Below are positions 38,001 to 50,440 of a stretch of 64,000 bases of DNA, piece after piece. This DNA comes from Lama guanicoe (lineage: Eukaryota). The position numbers were made by a program, and so were the translations under genes. The stretch lies in NCBI GenBank assembly GCA_013239625.1, contig MU054212.1, positions 6,298,270 to 6,362,269 on the forward strand. The letters are read 5' to 3'. Positions within the stretch are counted from its first letter, which is position 1. Each line of letters opens with the position of its first letter. The notes under the pieces are model-generated. The model was given only the letters and a program-made list of their open reading frames with translations, was not told the DNA's origin and ran no database searches.

Positions 38001-39329
38001 AGTCTTGTCTCCCTTCTCCTTTATAACATCTCTCTTGAGCTAAACAGGGAAATATAACTCCTGTTAGATCATCTTCTCTGCCTTTTAAAAAAAGATAATT
38101 GAATTATTTTATTATCTTTAAAGAAAATTTTTAGTGAAGTGTAGTTGATACTTCCCTGCGTTTTCTCAGTGAAAATCCTGTAATTCTTTCTATTTCCCTC
38201 CTCCTGGCAGAAACGGGAAACAGTTTGGGGTAGGAGATGTGTGAGAGCCATCGGGAGAGTTGACAGAAATACCGGGGACACCTGTACCAGCCAGGGGTGG
38301 CCGATATCACTGTATCTTTGCCAGCGAATGCCCACCCCGCCGGGGGAGCTTTAAGGATCGCTCTCTGCGCCCACTCCTTCCTTCCTCCTCAAATATAGCC
38401 ACCCCCTCCGCCTGCTGCTAATTTTCAAATCGGCATAATGATTAACGACCCAGGCGAGAACTTAATTTCCTGTCCAGGAGTACAAGGCTGATTTCCAATA
38501 AAAGAACTCACTCAAGACAACTATTTCCTCTCCACAGCTTCTAATCTCTTCTTCAGATGTGGGCATTCTTCCCTCTCAGTGTGAAAGCAGAATCAATTTT
38601 TGAAACTCCATTTGGTAAATATTCCAAAGAATCACAGAATGTTAACGCTGGCAGGGACCGTAAAGGCCATGTAATTTGACCTCCTCTTCTCTCGCAGTTC
38701 AAGCAGGACTTGAGACGAAGGCTTCGACCAACATCCTCTCTGCGCTCGTGGTCAGGCAGCAAGGGAAGAGGGAATTACCATCCTTAAAGCACACAGCTTG
38801 GTCCTCACTGGTCTCATCATGGAGTTTCCTTTAATGAAACAGTCTATTTTGAACTGGGGACTAATCACCATGGGAGAATATTTCCGTAATTATGGGCTCA
38901 GGCAAAACAAAACAAATGTCAGTGAAACCTTCCCAGTACAGCAACACAATTACCACGTTCAGTTACCTCCGGTCTCCTTAAAGACCCGCTGCGGATGTAG
39001 CAAGTTGTCCTGATTTGGACTACACGTCTCCATCACTTGTCTTTATTTCTCAGAGACAGATAATGCCACTGCCTTCTGTGAAATTAATTCTGAAATGCAC
39101 AGGTTCCTCAGCCAGATGCTAAGGGCTGCATCCTCCGGTACCTTCTTTAGATGCATGATCTCCCACAAACGACTGTGGTTACAATTCAGGAAGTGCTTCC
39201 TAGGCCTGAATTATCTGAGGTTCACAAGTGAGGGTGTACAAATGGACAGGAACGGCTTGGGCTGATGGCGAGTTAGTGATAGCAGAGTGACCACAGTGGC
39301 AACAGAGCGTGTTGGAAGCTGTGAACATG

Positions 39330-39560
39330 AACACGGGACAAAGAGCAATGGACGTGAAGTTAGGAGACCCCAGCTCCCCTTATTAGTTGTGTATCCTTCC
39401 CCAAGCATTTTAATCTTTTTGAAGCTAAGTTTCCTTATCTGTAAACTAGCAATAATTAATTGCTGCTGGAATGCTGTAAAAATCATATTAAATAGTACGC
39501 CATCCAAGCACCAACCACACGGCACCTAGCAAATGCTGGTGCTCTAGAAATAATGGTTGA
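39330..39560 (+). mobile_element. MIR SINE
   Basis: gctaagtttccttatctgtaaactag...ggcacctagcaaatgct. Confidence 0.6.
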
Positions 39561-39834
39561 ATTTAAGCATCTTAATCCCCTCACATTATAGTTTCTTCTT
39601 AGTTGAAACACCTTGATGGCCATAAAACATGCAAACACAGGGATTTATAGCATTTCATCATCCAAGTTAGCATATAGCAACCATAAGATGGACCAAACAA
39701 GGCACATTTGCATTGGCTCCGACCTATTCCTCACTCAAGTCCTCTGATGAGCTAAAAATCAAATACAGGTTCACAAATGGCCATAGAACTTCATGACATC
39801 AATCTGAACACTGCAAGGAGGCGAAGCTTGAAGA

Positions 39835-40070
39835 CTAGAAAAAAATACAGGCTTCAGATCAGAAGAGCCCTACATGACTGGCAGCAAGACCTTGGAGAGA
39901 TTATTTAACTTCCCTGAAATGTACCTTCCTCATCTATAAAGTGAGAACCCTACCAGCGACTTCACAGGTTGTTATGAGGATTAAGTAACGTTAGTAGAAG
40001 TATGTAACACAGCCAGCTAGAATCAGTTCCCCGACTCAAAATAGATGACTGAAAATGATAATTGCTGAAA
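39835..40070 (+). mobile_element. MIR SINE
   Basis: gaccttggagagattatttaacttccctga...ttcctcatctataaagtgaga...ggttgttatgaggattaag. Confidence 0.7.
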
Positions 40071-41852
40071 ATGCACAAACCAGGGGTCTCTAGGTGAATG
40101 CTCTTCCTCTGTTTCCACTTATTTTATAAAACCACTGTTCTACCTACTGCAGAGATTTATCATGAAAATCCAATGAGATAATCTAGGGAGAAGTTCAAAA
40201 CTACTGGGCATGAAATACTGCCTCTATATTCAAGCAAAAACATATATTATATTTTAGTACTGTCTCTGGGAAATCAATCCCTGGAAAACATACGCTTTAT
40301 TTTTAATGGCCTGTTTTCTAGCTGCAAAAAGTTCCAAAAGGTGCCAGAACTGGGACTCACACAGCCCTATGCAATGTTGTTGTGCAAGACCAAATGGAGC
40401 TTTGGCTATGAATGCAACCAAGGCAGATGATGTTAACGATGAAATTTTTTTTTGAAAAGTTACTATATATGTATGTGTGGCTAAGGAATACACATTTTGC
40501 ACTACATCAGCATCTGGTAGACAAGCTTGAAAGTGGTAACGCAGGAGAATCCTGTAGTCTGTGTGCTACTAGTCAGCTTACCCACCTAGGGGTGAGATCA
40601 CCGCCTGAGGTTCACTGCTTCTCATCTCTGTTAGTCACGGGGAAGAAGGACAAGCTTTGCTCTCATGACCTTTGAGATCTAGCTGATCTAAGGCAGAAAG
40701 TCACATTTTCAAAACTCAAGTCTTCACCACACTTAATCCGATAATGAGCAGGGATACGAGCCTTCAAAATGGCCAAGAGCTAGACAGCCAGAGAATACTT
40801 CCAAGGGTTAGAGAATGTCTTCGCGGGACGTTATTTTCTATTGAAAACTCAATTTGCGCCCCAACCTTTCCCAGCTGAAAATTAGTGGGTGGTTTGCTCA
40901 ATCATCACCCAGAGAGAACTCAGCCAGCCTACCACTCTCAAGTTGGACGGCACTTCTACCCTCGCTGGCTCTCTTGGAGACAGTATTTTGAATTTCCTTG
41001 GTTGAATTGCAAAACACATTAGCTAACTAACCAAACACACTGGAGGAGGCGTAACATACGGACCAAACCTGGCAGATGTGATGACTGCGAAAACACTCTT
41101 AAATACTACAGGGCAGCAGGGAGGGCAACCCAGAGGGCGAAGGAGGTGGTTTCTTTAGAGTTTTAACACTTATTTGTCCACAGATATAGTCACCCATAAG
41201 GCAGAACTAGAAAGGAATGGACTGCAAACCTAAATTCCTCCAACCTGAAATAGCCAGTCTCAGAGGCATTACGTAAAGCATATAATCTGGTAACATATTT
41301 TACTTCTCCTCTCCTGAATTCAGGTAGGAGTTCTATATGTATTTATTCTCATATTCATTCATATTCTCTCTCTCTCCTCTTCCCTTTTCCTTTAGAAATA
41401 AGGGTTTTTTTGGAACAAGGGGAAGTGAGAGAGGGAAAGGCTCAATTTAAAATGAAAAGACCCAGCTCCAACCCAGCCACATAAGAGCATCAATTTGGCA
41501 TGAAATCTAATACCGGAGCTTCAGTTTCCTCATCTGTAGAGTAGGAAAAAAGAAAACCATGTGAAATGCTGGTTTCTGGGTGTGAGTGCATACACTTAGC
41601 TTTTGAAAGGCAACGTGAACTGCAAAACAAAACAAGGAAAGCAGGATGCTTAAATACCTCTAAAGCAACAGCAAAGCTCTTGAACTTCATGTAAATAATA
41701 AAAGCCTCTGGTTCCTTAAGGCTCTCAAAATTTTGGATGTTTTGGGCACTTTAAATGTAAGCGCTAGATGATCAGGCTGCCGTTCACAGACCTGCAGCAC
41801 CTTAGAGCTCTCCTGGAGCAGGCTAAGGCAGAGAGAAAGGCAGTTTGCTGGG

Positions 41853-42275
41853 TATGATGGTTAATTGTGTGTGTGTGTCTGCTTGGCTCAGCCATGGTTC
41901 CCAGATGTTTGGTCAAATATTATTCTAGATATTTCTGTGAAGGTATGTTTTGGGGTGGGCTCAACATTTAAATCAACAGATTTTGAATAAAGCAGATTGC
42001 CTTCATAATGTGGGTGGGCTTCACCCAATCAGTTGAAGGTCTTGAGAAATTAGACTGAGGTTCCCTGAGGAGAGGGGGATTCTGCCAATGGACTGCCTTT
42101 GGAATCAAACTGCAACTCTTCCTGGGTCTCTAGCCCACAGATTTTGGACATGCCAGCCTCCACAACTGCGTGAGCCAATTCCTTAAAATTAATCAATCAA
42201 CCAGTCTCCGTCTATTTTACACATACACACACACATCCTACTGGTTCTTTTTCTCTGTAGAAGTTTAATAATATC
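41853..42275 (+). mobile_element. MLT2 (B/D-like) ERVL solo LTR
   Basis: tatgatggttaatt...cccagatgtttggtcaaa...aataaagcagattgccttcataatgtgggtgggc...gccagcctccacaactgcgtgagccaattccttaaaat; 5-bp TSD CTGGG at 41848-41852 and 42276-42280. Confidence 0.9.
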
Positions 42276-42739
42276 CTGGGTTTCACCCTTCTTGATTTTC
42301 TCTAACAGTAAACCATGAAAATTTTGTTGTATTTCTTCCTTTGGTTCCACACCAGTTGCTGATGTGAGTGCTGGCCCTGCAGCCCCTGACGAATGGCTGA
42401 AGAGGCACACCTCCTATGATGCCTGCATCCCTACTATGTGAAAACACGGTCCCAGTGCCGCAGGGAGATCTCAGAGGGCAGAAATCACACTTGCGTATAT
42501 ACGAGCTTCTCTGTAGGCCTCTGAGAAAAACTTCCAAAATAGAAAAATTCTTGATGAGTTATCTGTTGGGGCAAAGGAAATTTATAAAATATCTAGAGCC
42601 CAAGTCAGTATATTCTAAGCTACACAGCTGTGTAATTTGGGCAAAATGGGCAGAAAAACTGGCATCTCTATGGATTGAAATTTCTTTACAGAAGACAATG
42701 GGCTTGGGCTGAACTTATGGGAAAGTTTGCTGCCTGGAC

Positions 42740-43330
42740 CACCCATCCATACCATCAGCATCCACACCCACATTTCCGAAATCTCTCTGTGTCTCTGTGT
42801 CTGTCGAGTTCAGTCCGCTTTAAGCCTCCACTGGACAATTCCTCAAGGATGCTTCACAGGCATTTAACATACACAAATCTCATTTCATTGTAGTACTTTC
42901 TAAATCTGATCTTTACCGTCTGTTTCTTAACTTCCTGAATGAAAATTGCAGTCCATAACTTAATACAAAGCAGGAACCTGGAAATTCTCTTCATCATCCC
43001 AACATGGCTCCACCTCCACCTCATCACACAGTATTAGTCCTTCCAACCCAGTATTTCTCAAAGCTGCTTCCTCTGCTTCATGTCTGCTGCCTAAATTCTG
43101 AACAATTTTCATCTCGGCATCGAACTACAGTCTGGCTCTGTATCCTCCTCACCCATCCACCACACTGGTGTTGGAGTGACCGCTCTAAAATGCAACCTAA
43201 TCCTATAATCATGGCCCTGGCTAAAATCCTTCACCAGCTCCTCCAAGACATCTGGATACAACTCAAAATCCTTGCCAGAAATGACAGTATCCTTCCAACT
43301 GCAGCAGCTCCCTGTCCCTCCAGTGTCACT
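42740..43330 (+). mobile_element. LINE-2 fragment (L2c-like)
   Basis: ctggacaattcctcaaggatgcttcacaggcattt...aggaacctggaaattc...aaaatccttcaccagctcctcca. Confidence 0.55.
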
Positions 43331-43814
43331 TCTGCTGGGTCCCCATGGAGCCGAGGGTCTCTCCGCACTGATCTGATTGGTCTTGTGGCACATCCTTTTC
43401 CTCCTCAGTTTGGCAAACTGCTGTGCTAGGCTCTGGGGATAGAATGGTGAAGAATGCAGACAATCTTAGCCTCTTAGAGTTCCAGGGATGGGGAGTCAGT
43501 TACTAAACAATCACTCAAAGAAACAGGTAATTACAACTTGGATAAATGCTGTTAAAAAAAAAGTTCTATGACATCAGGGGGATCTGGTCCTGCTGAAGGG
43601 GCCAACGAAAGGGCTTCCTGAGATGTCACCCTGACCTGAGACCTGCAAGGTGCGCAGAGGTCAGGCTGCAGGAAATGAGACTGGGGCATTCTCTTTTTCA
43701 TAGCTGAGTAATATTCCATTGTGTGTCTATAGAGTGGGGATGGGGCAAGACAGGGCAAGGTAGAAGGGAGAAGCAACTTGTTAGGAGCCGCCTCCTGCAA
43801 TCCTGGGGCATATA

Positions 43815-44997
43815 TATTGCTGCATATTGCAGGCTTTCCTTCTTTTTAAAGGCTGAATAATATTTCTTTATATTGTATTTATATATATATGTCCACATTA
43901 TCTTTATCCATTCATCTTCTGATGAACATTTACACATCTTGCCTATTGTGAATATTGCAATGAACACTGGCATGCTAGTATCTCTTCAAAATCTTGATCT
44001 CAGTTCTTTTGGATAAAAACCCAGAAGTGAGATTGCTGGATCATATGGTAGTTCTACTTTTAATTTTCTGAGGAATCTCCATACTGTTTTCCATAGCGGC
44101 TCTACCATTTTGCGTTCCCACCAATAGTATGGACAAGATTCCAATGTCCCTGCATCCTCACCCAAACTTGCTGTCTATTATTTTCTTGATAAGAGCAACT
44201 CTAGCAGGTATGAGGTGATTTCTTACTGTGGTTTGGATTTGTCTTTCTCTAATGATGAGTGATATTGAGTCATATTCACATTCATATACCTCTTGGACAC
44301 TTGTTATTTCTTCTTTGGAGAAATGCCTATTCAAGTCTTTAGCCCACTTTTAAGTCAGGTTTTTTGCTATTGAGTTGTAGGAGTTTCTTGTCCTTCATAT
44401 ATTTTGGAAATTAATATCTGGCTTGCAAATATTTCTCCCCATTCCAAACACTGCCTTTTCACTCTGTTGATGGTTTCCTTTGTTGTGATGAAGGCTTTTA
44501 AATTTGATGCAATCTAACTTATCTATTTTTGCCTTTGTTGCCTGTTTTTTAGTGTCATATCCATGAAATCATTGCCAAGACCAATGTCCAGAAGATTTTC
44601 CTCCATTTTTTTTTCTAGGAGTTTCATAGTTTCAGGTCTATGTAAGTCTTTAATCCTCTTTGAGTTGAGTTTTACATATAGTATAAGGTCCAATTTCATT
44701 TATTTGCATGTAGATATCTAGTTTTCCCAGTACCATCTGTTGAAGAAACTATCCTTTTTCCATTGTGTATTCTTGGCACTCCTGTCCAAGGTCAACTGAT
44801 TGTATATGTGTGGGTTTATTTCTAGGCTCTCTATGCCTGTCTTCATGTCAGTACTATACTGTTTTAATTATTGCAGCCTTGTAATGTATTTTCAAATTAG
44901 GAACTGTCATCCCTCCAGCTTTCTTCTTCCTTCTCAAGCCCGATTTGGCTTTTGCACAGTCCTTTGTGGTTCCATATGAATTTCAGAATTTTTTTAC
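43815..44997 (-). mobile_element. L1MA-like fragment (ORF2 3' end and start of the 3' UTR), decayed
   Basis: ctttggataaaaacccagaagtgagattgctggatcatatggtagttctac...tgccaagaccaatgtcc...ttttcccagtaccatctgttgaaga...gtggttccatatgaatttcagaatt. Confidence 0.92.
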
Positions 44998-46069
44998 AAG
45001 CATACTTTAAAACATGCTATTTAAAAGAAAACCAAACCAAACCTGTACTTCACATAATCAATCTCATATGTTCCAGATTACTGTATATTTAAGTGTAACA
45101 TATTTTCATTTGCTTAACAAGCTTTACATCATCATCATAGGAAACAGCGGCTGCCATCTTTAGCGCTGTCTAGACCCCTCTTGGCAGTTAGAATGTACAG
45201 CCAAGTGTCAGCAAGTTGCCCACTCCCCGGCAGCCTGCTGAGGGCAGCAGCCCAGGACATTCACAGGCACCTCCCGCTCAGAGCTCTTCTGCCCAATGCC
45301 TGAATACACGGGGCTGGTGCCTGGTTCCCTTCCATCCCAAGCATGGGGCGGGGCCAGGGCAGGTGGTTCTCCAATCCCCTCTTGGTCACACTGACAGTCT
45401 TTGTATCATCTTGTGTTCTGTTTCTGCCAAGGCTCAGATCTCCAGGCATCTGTGTGTATCCTGCTTTGGTCTTCTCACATCCTACCCTGGAGGAAGTTTT
45501 GGAAATGCCCAGCTTGGTAACTGGTATTAATATCACCTCTGCATTATACTCACACAGCTGTGCTGCCTCCCCCATCCCACCTCCAGACTCCACCTGTCAG
45601 CCTGTTTCTTTTGGATTTTGATCTCTTTTTGGACGCAGATATCCAACTGGACTTAGACTGAACAGGTTACATTCTGGTTGAAACGTGATCCTGTAACTGC
45701 TGGCTTTTTCATAGAAATTATCCATAATTATGTCTAATCATGCCAAACGGGGAAAAAAGTAACCACTCACTATGCTGACTAAACAGCAATTTACTATATC
45801 TAGACATGCCTAATTAAGTGAATAATTTTTGGAAATTGAATCCTATGGGGAAAAAAATTAAGCTTAAGGATTTCTGATATCAAAAACATTTTCAAAATAA
45901 AACATTACCAGATGATCAAACACATGGATATACATAGACATAAATTTGTAATAACAAACAAAGTGACAGGTCAGAGAGCTCATTAATAGTCTACAATAAA
46001 ACAGTCTACAGTCTATAAGCAAACCAGACAAGTAACATGTATGAGCAAATCAAATACATGGACAGTGTA

Positions 46070-46110
46070 CAGTTAACTCTCGATTATCCAGGGACAGATT
46101 AATTGCAAAG
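46070..46110. mobile_element. Possible Tigger (TcMar) terminal remnant
   Basis: TA|cagttaactctcgattatcc resembles old Tigger TIRs; the other end was not identified. Confidence 0.4.
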
Positions 46111-49100
46111 TCATGGTATTTGTGAAAAGGTTAAAATGACTGCAAATAAGTGAAATAACTATGCACTAGAAGATCACTGTCAGGGATCCAGCATTACGCC
46201 CGTAACATGGGCCGTCTTCTCCAGCAATCACATTTCATCGAACTTAATTGCTGAAATCTAACACAGCAATAAAATTTGCCAAAAATTTTAATTGATCATT
46301 TGAAATATTGTTCAATGATCAACTAGTAGAACACAATTATTATATGAAAAAAGATAAAGGACAAACTGATTCCATTTTAATCGACACTGAGTTCTTCAAG
46401 TAGACTGAAAAACAGGAAAACCTTCGGGACATCTCACTACAGCCTTGATAAGGCAAGGCTAGTTTGGTGAAATTGGCAATGAGCACAGGAAACAGCGGTT
46501 TCTGGTTAAATTTGCTTCAACAAGCAAATGTTTATTTGACTCTAAGGGTGAAAAGTAACCGATGAATTTCTGCTGGGATTCACATGGGCAACTTGGTCTG
46601 AGTCTCAGAATCAGATGATGGTACCAGTGACACAGGTGGTCAGAGGAAGGGTCCGGAGAGCCAAAAGCAGATCACAAGGGGAGCAGCAGTTAATTATCTC
46701 ATGTCTAAACACTGATGCGCTTTCTACTAAGATTATATTGTCTACTTTATGGTACCCTCTGGGCTGGGTTCATTTTAACTCTGATTCGGGTTAAAGTCTG
46801 GGAGTCCCCCCATAAACTGCAATGTTTATCAAAAGTTGAAACCTATATCAACATATTGCATAGATTAAACACAGCAGAAAAAGAAGCAAAGTCAAGGGAG
46901 TATAGGATTTTAAACGTAGCAATTAGATAGGGGCCCCATCATGGAAAATAAATTCATTGACTTCCATTGGCTTAGATCTACCAAAACAAACTCCTAAACT
47001 GGACCATCCTTTTATGAGAATTTTTTAAAGTATTCTGCACATGTTTCAACAGGATAGAGCAAATCCTCTTATAAAATGATAGGTAGATATTGTTAGAGGT
47101 AACGTACTATATGAAAATGTTTGCAAGCCCTGGTTGACGTTTTTTTTGCTTCAGACCACATGTAAAAATAAACTCCAATACACCCAAAGGGTTTGGGCGC
47201 TCTCCTTTGGTGTAAGGAGAACAAATGGTTTATTGTTCTGCTTTTTTTTTTTTTAGTGCATTAATGTTAAAGGAATCAGAAAAAAGATGAACTTACTACT
47301 CCTAGTGCGTTTCAGATGTTGAAAAGTGAAGAGATGTGGAATCATTCAAGAACTTTTACTAAGGTTCCCCAAACACAAACTTAACATTAGAAGAATGTTT
47401 ATAAAGCGGCATTGAACTGCAGGGGAGAAGAAGCCTTCCAGAAGGCAGTAGGTCTGGAAAGAACTTCCCGCAAAAGGGAAGGAGGTCATCACCAGGGTTA
47501 AGGAGAAGGGAGAAGACCGGGTGTCAGCACCATCTTAGTTCCACTCGATCTTGGTCTCAGCTTTGTTCACACCACAGTTCTGTTTGGAAAGAGAATCTGC
47601 AGAAGTTTGCATGTAAACTGACCCTATGAGAGCCAGGTTTGAGTCCTTTAATTTATGGAACTCTGCTTACATTGTGTCCCCAAATTGCTAGCAGTGTGTG
47701 TACAACAACAACAACAAAAAAGTGACTTGAAGACCGTTAGAAAGAAAATCGTTGAGAGAACAAAAGATTAAAGTTTAGTAGCAAGAACATTAAAAACAAC
47801 CAACCAAGGAACACAGTGCCGTCTGGCCTGCGGAAAGCATTGCTCTGTAGCCAACGAATTAGCCTCTTGTCCTTGCGGAATGAGATCCCCTCCAGACCCC
47901 AGTTGGCTGCTTGTGGACAAAAGAAACAAAAGGGAGCTCGTATTGGAAACAAGGAGACGAGAGAAATATGAAATGGAACGAAATGTAGAAAAACAATCTT
48001 TTTCAAAGGTGAACTGAGGCAACTGTACCATCAGGATAACAGAGGATGAGTTAGGGTCCATTTGTGGATACTTCTAGAAGAAAGGGACTGTTTTTTAGGA
48101 AATGCCATCGGAGGTATGAAATAAACGACTTTAACTAAAATCACAGAAAGGCCAAATCAATGTCTGTTAAAAATATTTATGTATTTTGTGCAATGGAAAA
48201 AACGAGGGACAAGTTGTACAACAGGGTTTATAAGACAGTTTCTATCCATAGAGATAAGAATAATCTCTAAAACAGCGCAACAGACACTGTGGCTAGTAGA
48301 CCCTTATCTTGGGGGTCCTTTCATGCCAGGTAGCTGTCTCCTTAGTCTGAAGACCTCTGTTGTATTCCATTATATAAACATGCTTTGAGCAATTCACTAG
48401 CTGTCATCTGTCACTGCCATGAATTAATGTCTGGGAAGGTAAGATCAGGAAGTCTGACCTGGCTGGACATTAGGTTCCTTTCTAGCCCTGCAGATTCACC
48501 CTTGACATTCCAGAGAACGTGACGAGGAGTTCTAACACAGGAAGGAAACATTGGTTGAGGCCTCCTTGCTCATTTGAAAACTACTTTTGGAATCTGCAAT
48601 TATTTCTTAAAATAGAGATTTAAAAATCTCTGTATTCAAACTAGATTTGAATTTGCCTAGTTTACACTGGCTTTGAAACTTTTGTAAAAAGCCACAAGGA
48701 AATGCTCTAGAAATTATCGAAAGGATACATTACACCCCTCGATGGGAAAGAAAGGCAGAGAGGGCCAGGGTTTGGCCTCGTCTATCTGTCTCAAGAAGTT
48801 CCATTATTTTGAATGAGTCAAAACTGGGTGGTTACAGGAAAACCACCTACACCTCACATTATCATAAAAGAAATGAAAAGTAGGCAGCAGGCAACATCAG
48901 CCCAGAAAGCAAACCAGAGCTCAATTTAAGCACTAATATTAAGGAAAATCCCCTTTCCACTTTGTAAACGTGTTATTTACCAACTCAAATAAGAGGATAT
49001 AAAAAGAATCAAATATATTTATAATATAAATAGCTATCAACTGGTATTTTATATTTTAGGCCAATTAGGTCACTAATAAACACTAACTGTAAGACGCTCA

Positions 49101-50408
49101 CGTAAACACCATCTGTCTGGTGTTTGCAAAGAATCTTGTCTGGGGACAGATATGTTTCATAGAATTGATCATATTTAGTCCATTTCCTAGCATGTGAACT
49201 CTCCAGAATTATTTAGTCATCTAGGCCTTTCCTGTAAAATTTTAGTTCTTTCAGGATCATTTCAAAACTAAAATTCTAGATATTGCTTTGGATTACATGA
49301 GATAACGAGATCAAACGTAGCACATATAAAACAGAACACATTTTGTTTTAAACCTTTGTTCTCTGAGAGTTCGTAAAACTGTTGTTCACAAAAAACAAAT
49401 GAAAACAAAAACAAAAACAAACAAACATTTGAAATGTTGGGAAGACTAAACTCTTTAGAGTCCTCATAACTTGTCCATAAAGTTTACCAGGACAGGGTAT
49501 ATATAAAGATCAACGAATGAATGCAGCCATTCCTCTAAATAACCTTTAAAATTTTTCAGGTTTTTCTAATGTTTATGTCTTAGAGGCCAAAAATCTCTTA
49601 TTAAATAATTACAAATAAGCAGCTACACTATAATGATTTCCAATCAGCTGGCCAAGACCTAAGAAGTATTGCAAGCTATCTAAGAATTCTGTACACTGAA
49701 TAATGCCTTCATAGGTCTTTCTTACCACAGGTGGAGACCACTGATACCTGTGAACATTTAAAAATCCATAAACATTAAAATGCATAGTAAATTATAAATA
49801 TAGATGTAAAGTAAATAGTTGCTGAATGACGGAGTACTAAATGAATGAAGTTTAAATTTACTCAACTAGCAAATCTTACGGTTTCACCACCTGATAAACT
49901 CTGTGTCATCCTGCATTTCCTTAATCAGCAAATACAAAAATGGACTGTGTGGGCTTGTAAACTGTCCTGCTGTTAAAAACGGATCCTTGATTTTGAAAAG
50001 GTAGCATGAAGTACTGAAAACAAGGCATGCTTTTAAAAATCCAGCCCTAAAACTTCAATGAACTCTAAAAGGACATTTGCTCGAGCCCAGGGAATGTGGA
50101 ACACAGCCTGAGAAATGTGAACATTCTTGGGAAACTGACATCATCAGGACAGCTCTGGCCGGGCTCCAAGTGTCTGAAGCAGAACCAAGGCTTGTTTATG
50201 AAGTGGGAGAAAGAAAACTCGGGCTCTCTGATTTACACCTTGGCAACAAGCAGAGGCAGTTAAAAGAAAGGGAATGCTTTTTATATGTACAGTAACTGGC
50301 AAGTTTCGGAAAAGGAGAAAAGAAAGCTATTTGAAAAGTTTAAAACTGGCCCCCCACCAACGCCTCTGCTTTTCAGAATGAGTCATTCAGAGTCCCTCTC
50401 CTCTCTAA

Positions 50409-50435
<27 letters not shown>
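50409..50435. repeat. (AT)13 microsatellite
   Basis: Read directly. Confidence 0.95.

Positions 50436-50440
<5 letters not shown>

Noticed and set aside
43815..44997. L1 ORF2 remnant as an active or domesticated gene
   Set aside because: Truncated, with stops and frameshifts.
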